NCBI GenBank assembly: GCA_034667685.1
Contig: JAXDQU010000034.1
Span: 103,124 to 167,123 of the forward strand
Direction: 5' to 3'
Source of the DNA: Thermoplasmata archaeon
Lineage (GTDB): Archaea > Thermoplasmatota > SW-10-69-26 > JACQPN01 > JAJPHT01
DNA: 64,000 nucleotides
The notes under the pieces are model-generated. The model made no database searches and was not told the DNA's origin. It worked only from the letters and a program-made list of their open reading frames with translations. Position numbers and translations under genes: made by a program. Shown piece by piece: positions 35,100 to 46,783 of the stretch (within the stretch, counting starts at the first letter, position 1; each line of letters starts with the position of its first letter).

Positions 35100-35762
35100 T
35101 CAGCAGAACGTGCTGAGCGTGTTGCCGCTCAGGAAGACGCGCTGCTGGAGGCAGCTGCTTCCGAGGCCGTTGCTCCCGAAGCCGCTGCCGAACGTGTTGA
35201 GCGACGACCCGAAGAGCGGCGAGCCGAGGCCGTTGAGGCTGCTGCCGAAGAGCGGAGAGCCGAACGAGCGGAGGCCGAGGCCGTTGTTGCCCAGCGCCAG
35301 CGCGAGGAGCACGTCGTTGGTGTTCAGGTTCACGTTCTGGTTCGCGAACGAGCTCACCGTGCCGCTGCGCTGGATGTTCGCGATGCTCTCGATGCCCCCG
35401 GAGCCAAAGCCGCCGAAGCCGAAGCCACGGTTGCCCAGGGCGAGGGCCGCGATGACGTTCTCCTCCGGGATGTTGATCTGCTGGCTGAACGACGAGGTCG
35501 TGCCCGCGTTCGAGGAGGATGACGAGTCTCCCGGGACGGAGACGACCGAGGAGGCCGAGCCTCCCGTCGGGCCCGCCGAGGCCGCCGTGGTGGCGACGGC
35601 GACGGAGTCGTCCCCGTCGTTGTCCGTGTCGGGGTGCTCCGGCCCGGACTCCGCCGCGACGAACGGAATTGCGATCGCGCTGCTTGCCAATGCCAAGACG
35701 AGGATGGTCCTCAGATGTGTCGTAGGTGTCCCTTCGAAGCCGCTAAGGCTCTCCTTCTCCAT
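35100..35762 (-). CDS. secreted low-complexity Ser/Gly/Asn/Phe-rich repeat protein
   Basis: Hydrophobic signal-like stretch ILVLALASSAIAIPFVAA; internal repeats ALALGN.G.G and GSPLFGSSLN. Confidence 0.65.
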   Translation of the reverse strand: MEKESLSGFEGTPTTHLRTILVLALASSAIAIPFVAAESGPEHPDTDNDGDDSVAVATTAASAGPTGGSASSVVSVPGDSSSSSNAGTTSSFSQQINIPEENVIAALALGNRGFGFGGFGSGGIESIANIQRSGTVSSFANQNVNLNTNDVLLALALGNNGLGLRSFGSPLFGSSLNGLGSPLFGSSLNTFGSGFGSNGLGSSCLQQRVFLSGNTLSTFC

Positions 35763-35866
35763 CCATGCGACGGTTCCGCTTGTGGAAGTCCGCACCTCGA
35801 CGGGCCTGACATGGGTGGCTCGGCAGCCAAGAAACGGCTAAATGGCCGAAGCCTCGTGGCCGCCGC

Positions 35867-36730
35867 ATGCTGCCCGTCACGCTGGCGCCCGCCAAGCCGA
35901 ACCTCGACGAGCTGAAGGAGGCCGCGCGCCGCGTCCGCGTCGACGTGCTGCGCATGACGCACAAGGCGCAGAGCGGCCACCCGGGCGGCTCCATGAGCAT
36001 GGCCGAGCTGCTCGTCGCGCTCTACGCCACGCGCCTGCGCGTCGACCCGGCCGACCCCAAGGCGCCGGCGCGCGACCGCTTCGTCCTCTCCAAGGGCCAC
36101 ACTTGTCCGGGACTCTACGCGGTGCTCGCCGAGCGCGGCTTCTTCGGCAAGGAGGAATACAAGGGCTTGCGCCGCGCGGGCAACCTCCTCCAGGGGCACA
36201 CCGACATCAAGATCCCCGGCGTCGACATGAGCGCCGGCAGCCTGGGCATGGGCCTCGGGTTCGCCAACGGCGTCGCGCTGGGCGAGCGCCTCGCGGGGCG
36301 CAACACGCGCGTGTGGGTCATGATGGGCGACGGCGAGTGCCAGGAGGGCAGCGTCTGGGAGAGCGCCATGACGACGCCCTTCCGCCGGCTCGACCGCGTC
36401 ACCGCCATCGTCGACGTCAACCAGATCCAGATCGACGGCTTCACGCGCGACGTGAAGGACCTGGAGCCCTTCGCCGACAAGTGGCGCGCCTTCGGCTGGG
36501 ACGTCCGCGAGATCGACGGCCACAGCTTCCCCGACATCCTCGCCGCCTACGACTACGCCGACTCGCGCGTGGGAAGCGGCAAACCCGTCCTGATCCTCGC
36601 GCGCACCGAGAAGGGGCACGGCGTCAGCTTCACGCGCCTCAAGGCCGACTACCACGGCCGCGCGTTGACCGACGACGAGATGAGGCGGGCGCTTCCCGAG
36701 CTTGGCGAGACGTTCACGGGGGCTCTCTGA
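35867..36730 (+). CDS. transketolase, N-terminal (TPP-binding) subunit
   Basis: SGHPGGS, DRFVLSKGH, LQGH, GSLG.G, GDGECQEG. Confidence 0.95.
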   Translation: MLPVTLAPAKPNLDELKEAARRVRVDVLRMTHKAQSGHPGGSMSMAELLVALYATRLRVDPADPKAPARDRFVLSKGHTCPGLYAVLAERGFFGKEEYKGLRRAGNLLQGHTDIKIPGVDMSAGSLGMGLGFANGVALGERLAGRNTRVWVMMGDGECQEGSVWESAMTTPFRRLDRVTAIVDVNQIQIDGFTRDVKDLEPFADKWRAFGWDVREIDGHSFPDILAAYDYADSRVGSGKPVLILARTEKGHGVSFTRLKADYHGRALTDDEMRRALPELGETFTGAL

Positions 36731-36864
36731 TGCTGGCGACGACTTGCTCCACATGCGGAGCCGCGGAGAGCGCGGTGGCCGCGGAGCCTCTTCCACACGC
36801 CGCGTTCTCCGCGGCCTCCGCGTCTCCGCATGCGGAGCCGCGAAGCGCAGGGAAGGTGATCTGA
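36730..36864 (+). other. hairpin insert spanned by a 44-aa ORF between transketolase subunits
   Basis: TGATG overlap with the upstream gene, TGA directly before the downstream GTG; GCGGAG-unit inverted repeat 36752-36832. Confidence 0.5.
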
Positions 36865-37827
36865 GTGAGCAGCAACGTCCCCACGAAGTTCGAGAAGCCG
36901 GCCCCGACCCGAGATGGCTACGGCGCCGGATTGTTCCGCGAGGGCAACGCGGACCCGCGCATCGTGGCGCTCGACGCCGACCTCGCGGAGAGCACGCGCA
37001 GCAAGTGGTTCGGCGACGCGCACCCCGCGCGCTTCTTCCAGATGGGCATCGCCGAGCAGGACATGGTGCTCACCGCGGCGGGCCTGAGCACGACGGGGCA
37101 CCGGCCCTTCGCCTCCACGTTCGCCATCTTCACCGAGCGCGCCTTCGAGGTCACGCGCAATGCGGTCGCCCGCCCCAACCTCAACGTCAAGATCGTGGGC
37201 TCGCACGGCGGCATCATGACCGGCGAGGACGGCGCCAGCGCGCACGCCATCGAGGACGTCGCCATCTACCGCGCGCTCCCGAACTTCCGCGTCGTGGTCC
37301 CCGCCGACGCCAACGAGGCGATGAACGCCGTCGCCGCGCTCAACGCCTTCGACGGCCCGGCGTACCTCAAGCTCACGCGCCAGAAGGTCCCCGTCCTGAC
37401 CGCGCCCGAGACGCGCTTCGAGATCGGCCGCTGGCCCACGCTGCGCGAAGGGAGCGACGTCACCATCCTCGCGTGCGGCGCGCTCGTCGCCGAAGCGCTC
37501 GCCGCGGCGGACCTCCTCAAGCCCGAGGGCCTGAGCGTCCGCGTCGTCAACGCGCACACGGTGAAGCCCGTCGACCTCGCCACGCTGGAGCGCGCCAGCC
37601 GCGACACCGGCGCCATCGTCACGGCCGAGGACCACACCGTCCTGGGCGGCCTGGGCGGCGCCGTCGCCGAAGCGCTGGGCGACACCGTCCCCGCCCCGCT
37701 CGCGCGCGTGGGCATCCAGGACCGCTACATCGAGAGCGGCCTCCCCACCGAGCTGTACGAGAAGTACGGGCTCACCGGAAAGGGGATCGCGGACGCCGTG
37801 CGCGGCGTGGTGAAGCGCAAGCGGTAA
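36865..37827 (+). CDS. transketolase, C-terminal subunit
   Basis: DADLAEST, GIAEQ, GEDGASAHAIED, VKPVD, EDH...GGLG. Confidence 0.95.
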   Translation: MSSNVPTKFEKPAPTRDGYGAGLFREGNADPRIVALDADLAESTRSKWFGDAHPARFFQMGIAEQDMVLTAAGLSTTGHRPFASTFAIFTERAFEVTRNAVARPNLNVKIVGSHGGIMTGEDGASAHAIEDVAIYRALPNFRVVVPADANEAMNAVAALNAFDGPAYLKLTRQKVPVLTAPETRFEIGRWPTLREGSDVTILACGALVAEALAAADLLKPEGLSVRVVNAHTVKPVDLATLERASRDTGAIVTAEDHTVLGGLGGAVAEALGDTVPAPLARVGIQDRYIESGLPTELYEKYGLTGKGIADAVRGVVKRKR

Positions 37828-37865
37828 CGCTTCCGGAACGGCGCGGTGTCGTCGACGTCCAAGGA

Positions 37866-38597
37866 TCACGGCTCGTTCTCGCGCTGCTGCTGCGCTTCGA
37901 TCTCCGCCTTCCGCGCGCGCAGCTTCGCGAGCCGCTCCTCGGGCGTCTCCTCCGGGGGCGCCGCCTCTGCGTCCTTCTTCTTCGGCAGCAGCGCGAAGCG
38001 CTTCCCCTTCTCCTTGGGGGGCTTCGGCTGCTTCACCGGCTTCGGCTCGTTCTTGCGCGCCTTGGTGACGCGGCGCTGGGCGATCTCGCCCTCCAGCTCC
38101 AGCTCGTGCTGGCGAAGCTCGTGCGCGACGTCGTCCTCCAGGCTCGTCTCGGGAAGCTCCTGGCGAAGCTCCGCGTCGAACGCGGCGATCCAGACCTTCT
38201 CCTCCTCGCGCACCGGCTCCAGGGTGTTGAGGTAGACGAGCCCCGCGGCGAGGAGCGCGAAGAAGCCCAGCGCGGCGCCCACGATCCACGCGTTCCCCTC
38301 CGGCGAGAGGACGAAGAAGAGGATCGCCATGACCAGGTCGGCCAGGGCGACGAGCCACACGAGGCGGCGCGGCCAGCGGGCGTGGAGCGCCAGGCGCAGC
38401 TCGACCTGCGGCTCGCCCAGGGGCTGGTAGATGCCGACGTAGCCGTCGCGCAGCCACGCCTTGCCCTTCGGCTGGTCCGTGAACCGCACGCGGCTGGTGA
38501 CGTGCTCGCGGACGAGCCCTCCCCGCCGCTCGACGACGAGGCGCACCGCGTGGGCGACCTCCTGCGGATCGGCCTCGTCCAGGAACGCGCGCTTCAC
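37866..38597 (-). CDS. hypothetical membrane protein with charged C-terminal tail
   Basis: Two TM segments, Lys/Glu-rich tail. Confidence 0.7.
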   Translation of the reverse strand: MKRAFLDEADPQEVAHAVRLVVERRGGLVREHVTSRVRFTDQPKGKAWLRDGYVGIYQPLGEPQVELRLALHARWPRRLVWLVALADLVMAILFFVLSPEGNAWIVGAALGFFALLAAGLVYLNTLEPVREEEKVWIAAFDAELRQELPETSLEDDVAHELRQHELELEGEIAQRRVTKARKNEPKPVKQPKPPKEKGKRFALLPKKKDAEAAPPEETPEERLAKLRARKAEIEAQQQRENEP

Positions 38598-38659
38598 GCC
38601 TCTCGGACCCCGCCCCCGGCTCTTGAGCTTTATGAGGCGGCGCCGCGTTCCGCGCGCCG

Positions 38660-39838
38660 ATGCGCATCGTGCTCGCGTGCGTCCGCTATCCGCCGGCGCC
38701 CGGCGGCGCGGAGACGCACGTGCGCGCGCTCGCGCGGGCCTACGCGCGCGCCGGGCACGAGGTCGAGGTCCACACGAGCGACCTCTACACTGAGTATCCC
38801 TTCGCGCGGCGCGACCTCCCCGCCGAGGTGGACGGCGTGCGCGTGGCGCGCCACCGCGCGACGCGGCTCCTGGGCGCCTGGACGTACATGCCCGCGATGC
38901 CCCGCGCGCTGCGCGAGGCCGCGAAGGACGCCGACGTGCTCCACGCGCACAGCTATGGCTATCACCAGACCGTCGCCGCGGCGCAGGCCTCGCGCGCCAC
39001 GGGCACGCCGCTCGTCTTCACGCCCCACTTCCACCCGCCCTGGAGCATGGAGGGGGGCGCCGCGCGGCGCGCGCTGCGCAAGGCGTTCGACCCCACGCTG
39101 GGCCGCCGCGTCGTGCGCCAGGCCGCGCGCGTCATCGGCGTCTCGCGCGGCGAGATGGACGAGATGAAGGCCCACCTCCCCTTGGACGAGGCCAAGGTCC
39201 GCATCGTGCCCAACGGCTTCGACGCGGAACGCTATCAGACCAAGCCCAGCGGCGAAGGCGTGCGCCACCGCCTGGGCCTCGCGCCCGACACGCCGCTGGT
39301 CGTCTTCGCGGGGCGGCTGGCGAGCAACAAGGGGCTCCAGCACCTCGTGCCCGCCTTCGCGCGCGCCGCCAAGGGGCATCTGAACACGCACCTGATCCTG
39401 GCCGGCGAGGACCAGGGCTGGCGCGAGCGCCTCGAGGCGATGGCGAAGGACCTCGGCGTCGCGGACCGCGTCCGGTTCACGGGGCACCTTCCCGACGAGG
39501 GCTATCGCGAGACGCTCGCGGCGGCCGACGTGTTCGTGCTGCCCAGCGAGTGGGAGGCGTTCGGCATCGTGCTCCTCGAAGCGATGGCGTGCGGCGTGCC
39601 GTGCATCGCGACGCGCGTGGGCGGCGCGCCGGAGGTCGTCGAGGACGCGCGCACGGGCCTCCTGGTGCGCTACGGCGACGTGCCCGCGCTGGCCGGGGCG
39701 ATCGAGCAGCTCCTGGCGAACCCGGAGCGCGCGCGGGCGATGGGCGAGGCGGGGCGGCGGCGCGCGATGGCGAGCTTCTCGTGGGACGCCGTCGCGCGGA
39801 AGACGCTCGACGTCTACCGCGAGGTCGTCAGGTCGTGA
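38660..39838 (+). CDS. glycosyltransferase family 4
   Basis: PP.PGGAE, VPNG, AGRL...KG, EAFGIVLLEAMACG. Confidence 0.95.
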   Translation: MRIVLACVRYPPAPGGAETHVRALARAYARAGHEVEVHTSDLYTEYPFARRDLPAEVDGVRVARHRATRLLGAWTYMPAMPRALREAAKDADVLHAHSYGYHQTVAAAQASRATGTPLVFTPHFHPPWSMEGGAARRALRKAFDPTLGRRVVRQAARVIGVSRGEMDEMKAHLPLDEAKVRIVPNGFDAERYQTKPSGEGVRHRLGLAPDTPLVVFAGRLASNKGLQHLVPAFARAAKGHLNTHLILAGEDQGWRERLEAMAKDLGVADRVRFTGHLPDEGYRETLAAADVFVLPSEWEAFGIVLLEAMACGVPCIATRVGGAPEVVEDARTGLLVRYGDVPALAGAIEQLLANPERARAMGEAGRRRAMASFSWDAVARKTLDVYREVVRS

Positions 39839-40283
39839 AGTCGCCGACGACCTCGAAGTCCACCTGGGCCGAGGCGCCCGCGGAGGGCTCGACATTGACG
39901 ATGAAGGACTTCGCGAGGGCCTGGAGATCCGCCGCGGCGAGCGCGATCTTCGTCTCGGAGCCCTGGAGCCCCTTCTCCCAAACGACGCTCTCGTCCCGCG
40001 CCTTGAACCGCACGACCATCTCGTCCACGGATGTCGCGGTCTGACGGACGACGAGCGAGCCGCCCGTGGCTTGGCCCGGGATGCGCACGACGGGGTAGCC
40101 CGACCCCACGAAGGAGCGGCCGGCGGCCTGCGCGGTCCAGCTTCCGTGGACGTCGAAGTGGCCCACGGGGCGCGGCGCGGCCTCGGAGGGCGCGAGGTTC
40201 CCGGGGGCAGCGGCCTCGCGCGGAGGCGCGGCGGCGCAGCCGGCAAGAAGGAGCGGGACCAGAAGCCAGAGGACGCCTCGCAC
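39828..40283 (-). CDS. hypothetical lipoprotein
   Basis: LLLAGC lipobox. Confidence 0.7.
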   Translation of the reverse strand: MRGVLWLLVPLLLAGCAAAPPREAAAPGNLAPSEAAPRPVGHFDVHGSWTAQAAGRSFVGSGYPVVRIPGQATGGSLVVRQTATSVDEMVVRFKARDESVVWEKGLQGSETKIALAAADLQALAKSFIVNVEPSAGASAQVDFEVVGDFTT

Positions 40284-40337
40284 GCGGCGAGGAGCCCGAC
40301 GCGCGGCCTTTGGCTTTCTCGCGAGGTCGCTTGAGGC

Positions 40338-40763
40338 TCACTCGAGCGACACGTCCGCCACGGTGTGGTGGCGCTTCGCCAACATCCGAATAAGCTGGAT
40401 GTTGCGGCCGCCCTTGCCGATGGCCTTGCCCTTCTCTTCCTGGGGGAGCTTGACGTGCGCGATGATGTCGCCGTTCCGGTCCTCCCACTCCACGTTCTCG
40501 ACCGTGAAGCGGTGGAAGAGGTTCTTCAGGAACTGGTCGCGGTCCGCCGCGTAGCCGTAGAGGTGGACCTCCTTGCCCAGCGTCTCGCGCAGGCGCTTGA
40601 GGTTCACGGCGCCCTTGCCCACCGCGCGGCCGATCTGCCCCTCGACGACGACGAAGACCACGCGGTCTTCCTCCTCGACGAAGTCCTTCAGCTCGGCGCC
40701 GGTCATGCGCTCGAACAGGGAGAAGATGCGGAGCGATTCCGCGTCGAGCTTAATATCCACCAT
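40338..40763 (-). CDS. nusA: archaeal NusA (two KH domains)
   Basis: FERMTGA..KD, GRAVGKG, KGKAIGKGGRNI; follows L30e. Confidence 0.93.
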   Translation of the reverse strand: MVDIKLDAESLRIFSLFERMTGAELKDFVEEEDRVVFVVVEGQIGRAVGKGAVNLKRLRETLGKEVHLYGYAADRDQFLKNLFHRFTVENVEWEDRNGDIIAHVKLPQEEKGKAIGKGGRNIQLIRMLAKRHHTVADVSLE

Positions 40764-40837
40764 GCTGCGCTCCTCGGCGATCCGCACCGGCGGATCGCCT
40801 ACGGTGCTCGCTTTCGCTCGGCATCCGCCTCGCTCCT

Positions 40838-41140
40838 TCAGGCGCCCTTCGCGAGCTGGAGCACGTCGCTGTCGCCCGCGTCCACGACGGAGAGCACGGC
40901 GACGCTGTAGGGCTTGCCGCACGCGGGGCCCAGCTCGGTGTTCTTGCCCGCGTAGCGGTAGACGGGCGTCTTGGTCTGGTCGATGGCCGCCTCGATCTGC
41001 GAGACGAGCGACTCGGGCGCGTTCGAGGCCAGCACGACGAGCTTGGCCTTCTTCGAGAGGATCTCCTTGAGCGTCTCGTTGAGGCCGAGGGTCACGTTGC
41101 CGGTGGCGGTGGCGTTGCGCAGCGCGCGGTTGACGTCCAT
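40838..41140 (-). CDS. rpl30e: 50S ribosomal protein L30e
   Basis: ATGNVTLG.NET, AKLVVLASNAP, ELG.ACGKPY, DAGDSDV. Confidence 0.95.
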   Translation of the reverse strand: MDVNRALRNATATGNVTLGLNETLKEILSKKAKLVVLASNAPESLVSQIEAAIDQTKTPVYRYAGKNTELGPACGKPYSVAVLSVVDAGDSDVLQLAKGA

Positions 41141-41247
41141 GTTGACATTCTCCTTCTCCGGCCGCCGCGGCAGGGCCACGGGCCGACTCCAGAGGTACGC
41201 CGGCGACGCGAGCGCCGGGATAAATACGTTTCCGGGGGGCGCCAGGC

Positions 41248-42249
41248 TTATCGGGCTGGCTCTTTCAAGAGCCGAACGAACAGGTCCACGAGGGGGAGGT
41301 GGCCGTTGTCTTCCGCGAACGCCCAGGCGCCGTTCGCGTTGGCTTCGAGGAAGACGTAGCGGCCCGCGGGCGTCCGAATGAGATCGATGGCAGCGTACGT
41401 CATGTGGAGCCGGCGCGCGACGGCGCGGAGCTGGCTCGCCACCTCGGAGGGCAATTCCAAGGGGGAGCATTTCCACCGTTCCTGGTCCACGATGGCTTCG
41501 TCGCCCTGCTGCCGCAGCGGGTATCTGCGCCAGTCGTCTTGCGTCTCGGCGTCTTCCTGGGAATGGATCTCGACGGCTCGCACCTCGTCGCCGATGACGA
41601 AGGCCCGGGCTTCGGTTGCTTTTTGCACGTATTCCTGGAGGTGAAGCGGGGCGACGTGCGCGCCTTCCAGCGCGGCGCCGCGGAGCTCGGACGCCGCGAC
41701 GCGGCGCGTGTAGAGGAAATATTCGGGGAGGGGGAGGTGGATCTGGAGGAACGGGTGGCCCACGCGCTTCAGGGCGAGATCCGGATTTTCCGTCCCGAAT
41801 GCTTCGATGGCGTCGGCGTCGTTGGCGACGAGGGAAAGGGGCGTCGCGAGGCCCACCTTCGCGGCTTCCGCGAGCTGCAGGGGCTTGGACTCGAAGACGA
41901 AGTGCGCTTCGAGGGGGTTCACCCAGAGCCGATCCCGGGTCACGGCGTAGAGGGCTTGCAGCGTCGAGAACCATTCCTCGTGCGCGAACCGACGGGAGCG
42001 CTCGCTGGTGGCGGGCGCCTGGACGCCCAGGTAATATCCGAAGAACGCGTGGATGTCGGAAAGGGGGAAACGCCCCTCGGCCGTCTGGACGAAGCCGCTC
42101 ACCTTGCTCCCGTCCACGCGGAGGCCGATGCGGTTGTTCGACGGGTCCGCGAGGTCGAACGTCGCATGGCTGACGCCGCCCTCGTCGAGGGCCTTCGTGA
42201 TCCGCTGCCCGATGGGGTTGGCGGGTGGCGCGAACAGGAGGACGACCAT
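41248..42249 (-). CDS. ATP-grasp ligase, MvdC/MvdD (graspetide synthetase)-like
   Basis: WVNP, SKPLQL..A..VGL.TP, YTRRV, P.HLQEYVQK..E.R, IHSQ, DWRR, AIDLI.TP.GRYVFLEAN.NG.W. Confidence 0.85.
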   Translation of the reverse strand: MVVLLFAPPANPIGQRITKALDEGGVSHATFDLADPSNNRIGLRVDGSKVSGFVQTAEGRFPLSDIHAFFGYYLGVQAPATSERSRRFAHEEWFSTLQALYAVTRDRLWVNPLEAHFVFESKPLQLAEAAKVGLATPLSLVANDADAIEAFGTENPDLALKRVGHPFLQIHLPLPEYFLYTRRVAASELRGAALEGAHVAPLHLQEYVQKATEARAFVIGDEVRAVEIHSQEDAETQDDWRRYPLRQQGDEAIVDQERWKCSPLELPSEVASQLRAVARRLHMTYAAIDLIRTPAGRYVFLEANANGAWAFAEDNGHLPLVDLFVRLLKEPAR

Positions 42250-42262
42250 GGTAGGAAGGGGA

Positions 42263-42282
42263 GCCCGGCCGGATGGCCGGGC
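42263..42282. promoter_or_regulatory. GC stem-loop between peptide gene and ATP-grasp ligase
   Basis: GCCCGGCC-GGAT-GGCCGGGC. Confidence 0.55.
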
Positions 42283-42296
42283 GAGCGTGGGTTGTC

Positions 42297-42395
42297 TTAC
42301 AGAGACGTGACGTGGCCGAGGATGACGTCCAGGCTGTAGCCGGACAAGTTGGCCTGCGGGCGCGTCTCCATCCATCGGGTGGCAGTGGGTTCCAT
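42297..42395 (-). CDS. 32-aa candidate RiPP precursor peptide MEPTATRWMETRPQANLSGYSLDVILGHVTSL
   Basis: Manual translation; ATG preceded by GGAGGCAAGAGGAAAAAC; ends 47 nt upstream of the ATP-grasp start on the same strand. Confidence 0.65.
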   Translation of the reverse strand: MEPTATRWMETRPQANLSGYSLDVILGHVTSL

Positions 42396-42532
42396 GTTTT
42401 TCCTCTTGCCTCCAAACCAGAGGCGTCGCGCTAACATCTCACATGACGATAAGGATGCCGCTCGGGGCATGCGTCATCGTGAAACATGCAGCCTTCACGT
42501 TGCGCGACGCGCGTCGCAAGGCTGCGGCAGCG

Positions 42533-43051
42533 CTACCCCATCGCGGCGCGCAGGGGCCGGCGGACCGTCTCGGTGGCGGCGCCGAAGAGCGCGTGCATCG
42601 CGAGGCTCGTGGCGTGCGCCTTGGCGGGGACCTCGCTGGGCGGCGGCGCGAGCCCGAGCGCGGGGAGCGTGGTCGCGGGCGCGGCGGCCCACACGGCGAG
42701 GCCGAAGGGCACGCCCCAGAGGATCGTCGCGAGCGGCGTGACCTCTGCGGCCGCGCCGTAGATCGCGCCGCTCACGCCGCTCATGCCGTAGTGCACGAGC
42801 CCCGCGACGAGCTTCGCGCGCTCTTCGGGCACCTCGACGCCCGCCTTCTCGACGATGGCGACCTTCGGATCTTCGCCCTGGGGCGTCGTCTTCTCGGTGT
42901 GCGCGCCCTCGTGTCGTTGGCGGCGCTGCATCCACTTCATGGCGCGTTCCATGACGAAGCCGGCGGCCAGGCCTGCGACCGCGCCGGCCAGCGCCCCCTT
43001 CGCCAGGTCGCTCCCCTGCGGGACGTGGGGCTTGTATTCCTGAAGCTGCAT
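42533..43051 (-). CDS. DUF1440-like membrane protein
   Basis: KGALAGAVAGLAA, VHYG, GAIYG, PALGLAPPP, HALFG. Confidence 0.75.
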   Translation of the reverse strand: MQLQEYKPHVPQGSDLAKGALAGAVAGLAAGFVMERAMKWMQRRQRHEGAHTEKTTPQGEDPKVAIVEKAGVEVPEERAKLVAGLVHYGMSGVSGAIYGAAAEVTPLATILWGVPFGLAVWAAAPATTLPALGLAPPPSEVPAKAHATSLAMHALFGAATETVRRPLRAAMG

Positions 43052-43111
43052 GGGGCGGGCTGGGCGGGCGGGGTGCAAAGGCGTTCTGCCCGGTTCGTCA
43101 GCCGCGCGCCC

Positions 43112-46363
<3,252 letters not shown>

Positions 46364-46526
46364 AGGAGTCGGACCTTGCGCTCATACAGGGGGCCCGTAT
46401 TTAGCCGTTGGCCCGCAGCGGAAGCGGTGTTTCGCTTGGGGAATTGGCGGCGCTGGACACGGGTGTCGGATTTCAGGCGCTCCGGCTTCGGGCTGTCGGC
46501 TTTGGGGCCTCTCGCTGCGCGGGTCC

Positions 46527-46719
46527 GCATGCGACGCGGCGACGAGCGCGACGCACGCGACGCCGATCTTGTGACCCGGGCCGGAACCCGCGGACCCGAA
46601 AACCCGAGAACCCGCCCGCAGATGCCCGTTCGGGTTTTCGGGTCGTCGGGTTTTCGGGTTCCCTTCCAAGGTCACGAACCTCGCGTCGCGCACCTCGCGC
46701 TCGTCGCCGCGTCGCATGC
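46527..46719. repeat. long intergenic hairpin (25-bp perfect outer arms) with nested family B insert 46571-46675
   Basis: 46527-46551 is the reverse complement of 46695-46719; inner GTGACC..(ACCCG)n..(CGGGT)n..GGTCAC. Confidence 0.8.
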
Positions 46720-46783
46720 TGAGCCCGCGAAGCGGAGGAAAGGCGCAACAAACGTTTTCCATGCCGGCCCGGCTGCCCGGCGC

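Noticed and set aside
41247-42453. CTTATCG / CGATAAG inverted 7-mer flanking the ATP-grasp locus as further recombinase sites
   Set aside because: Lacks the second arm and the CTAGGGA spacer; coincides with a stop codon and a probable promoter box.
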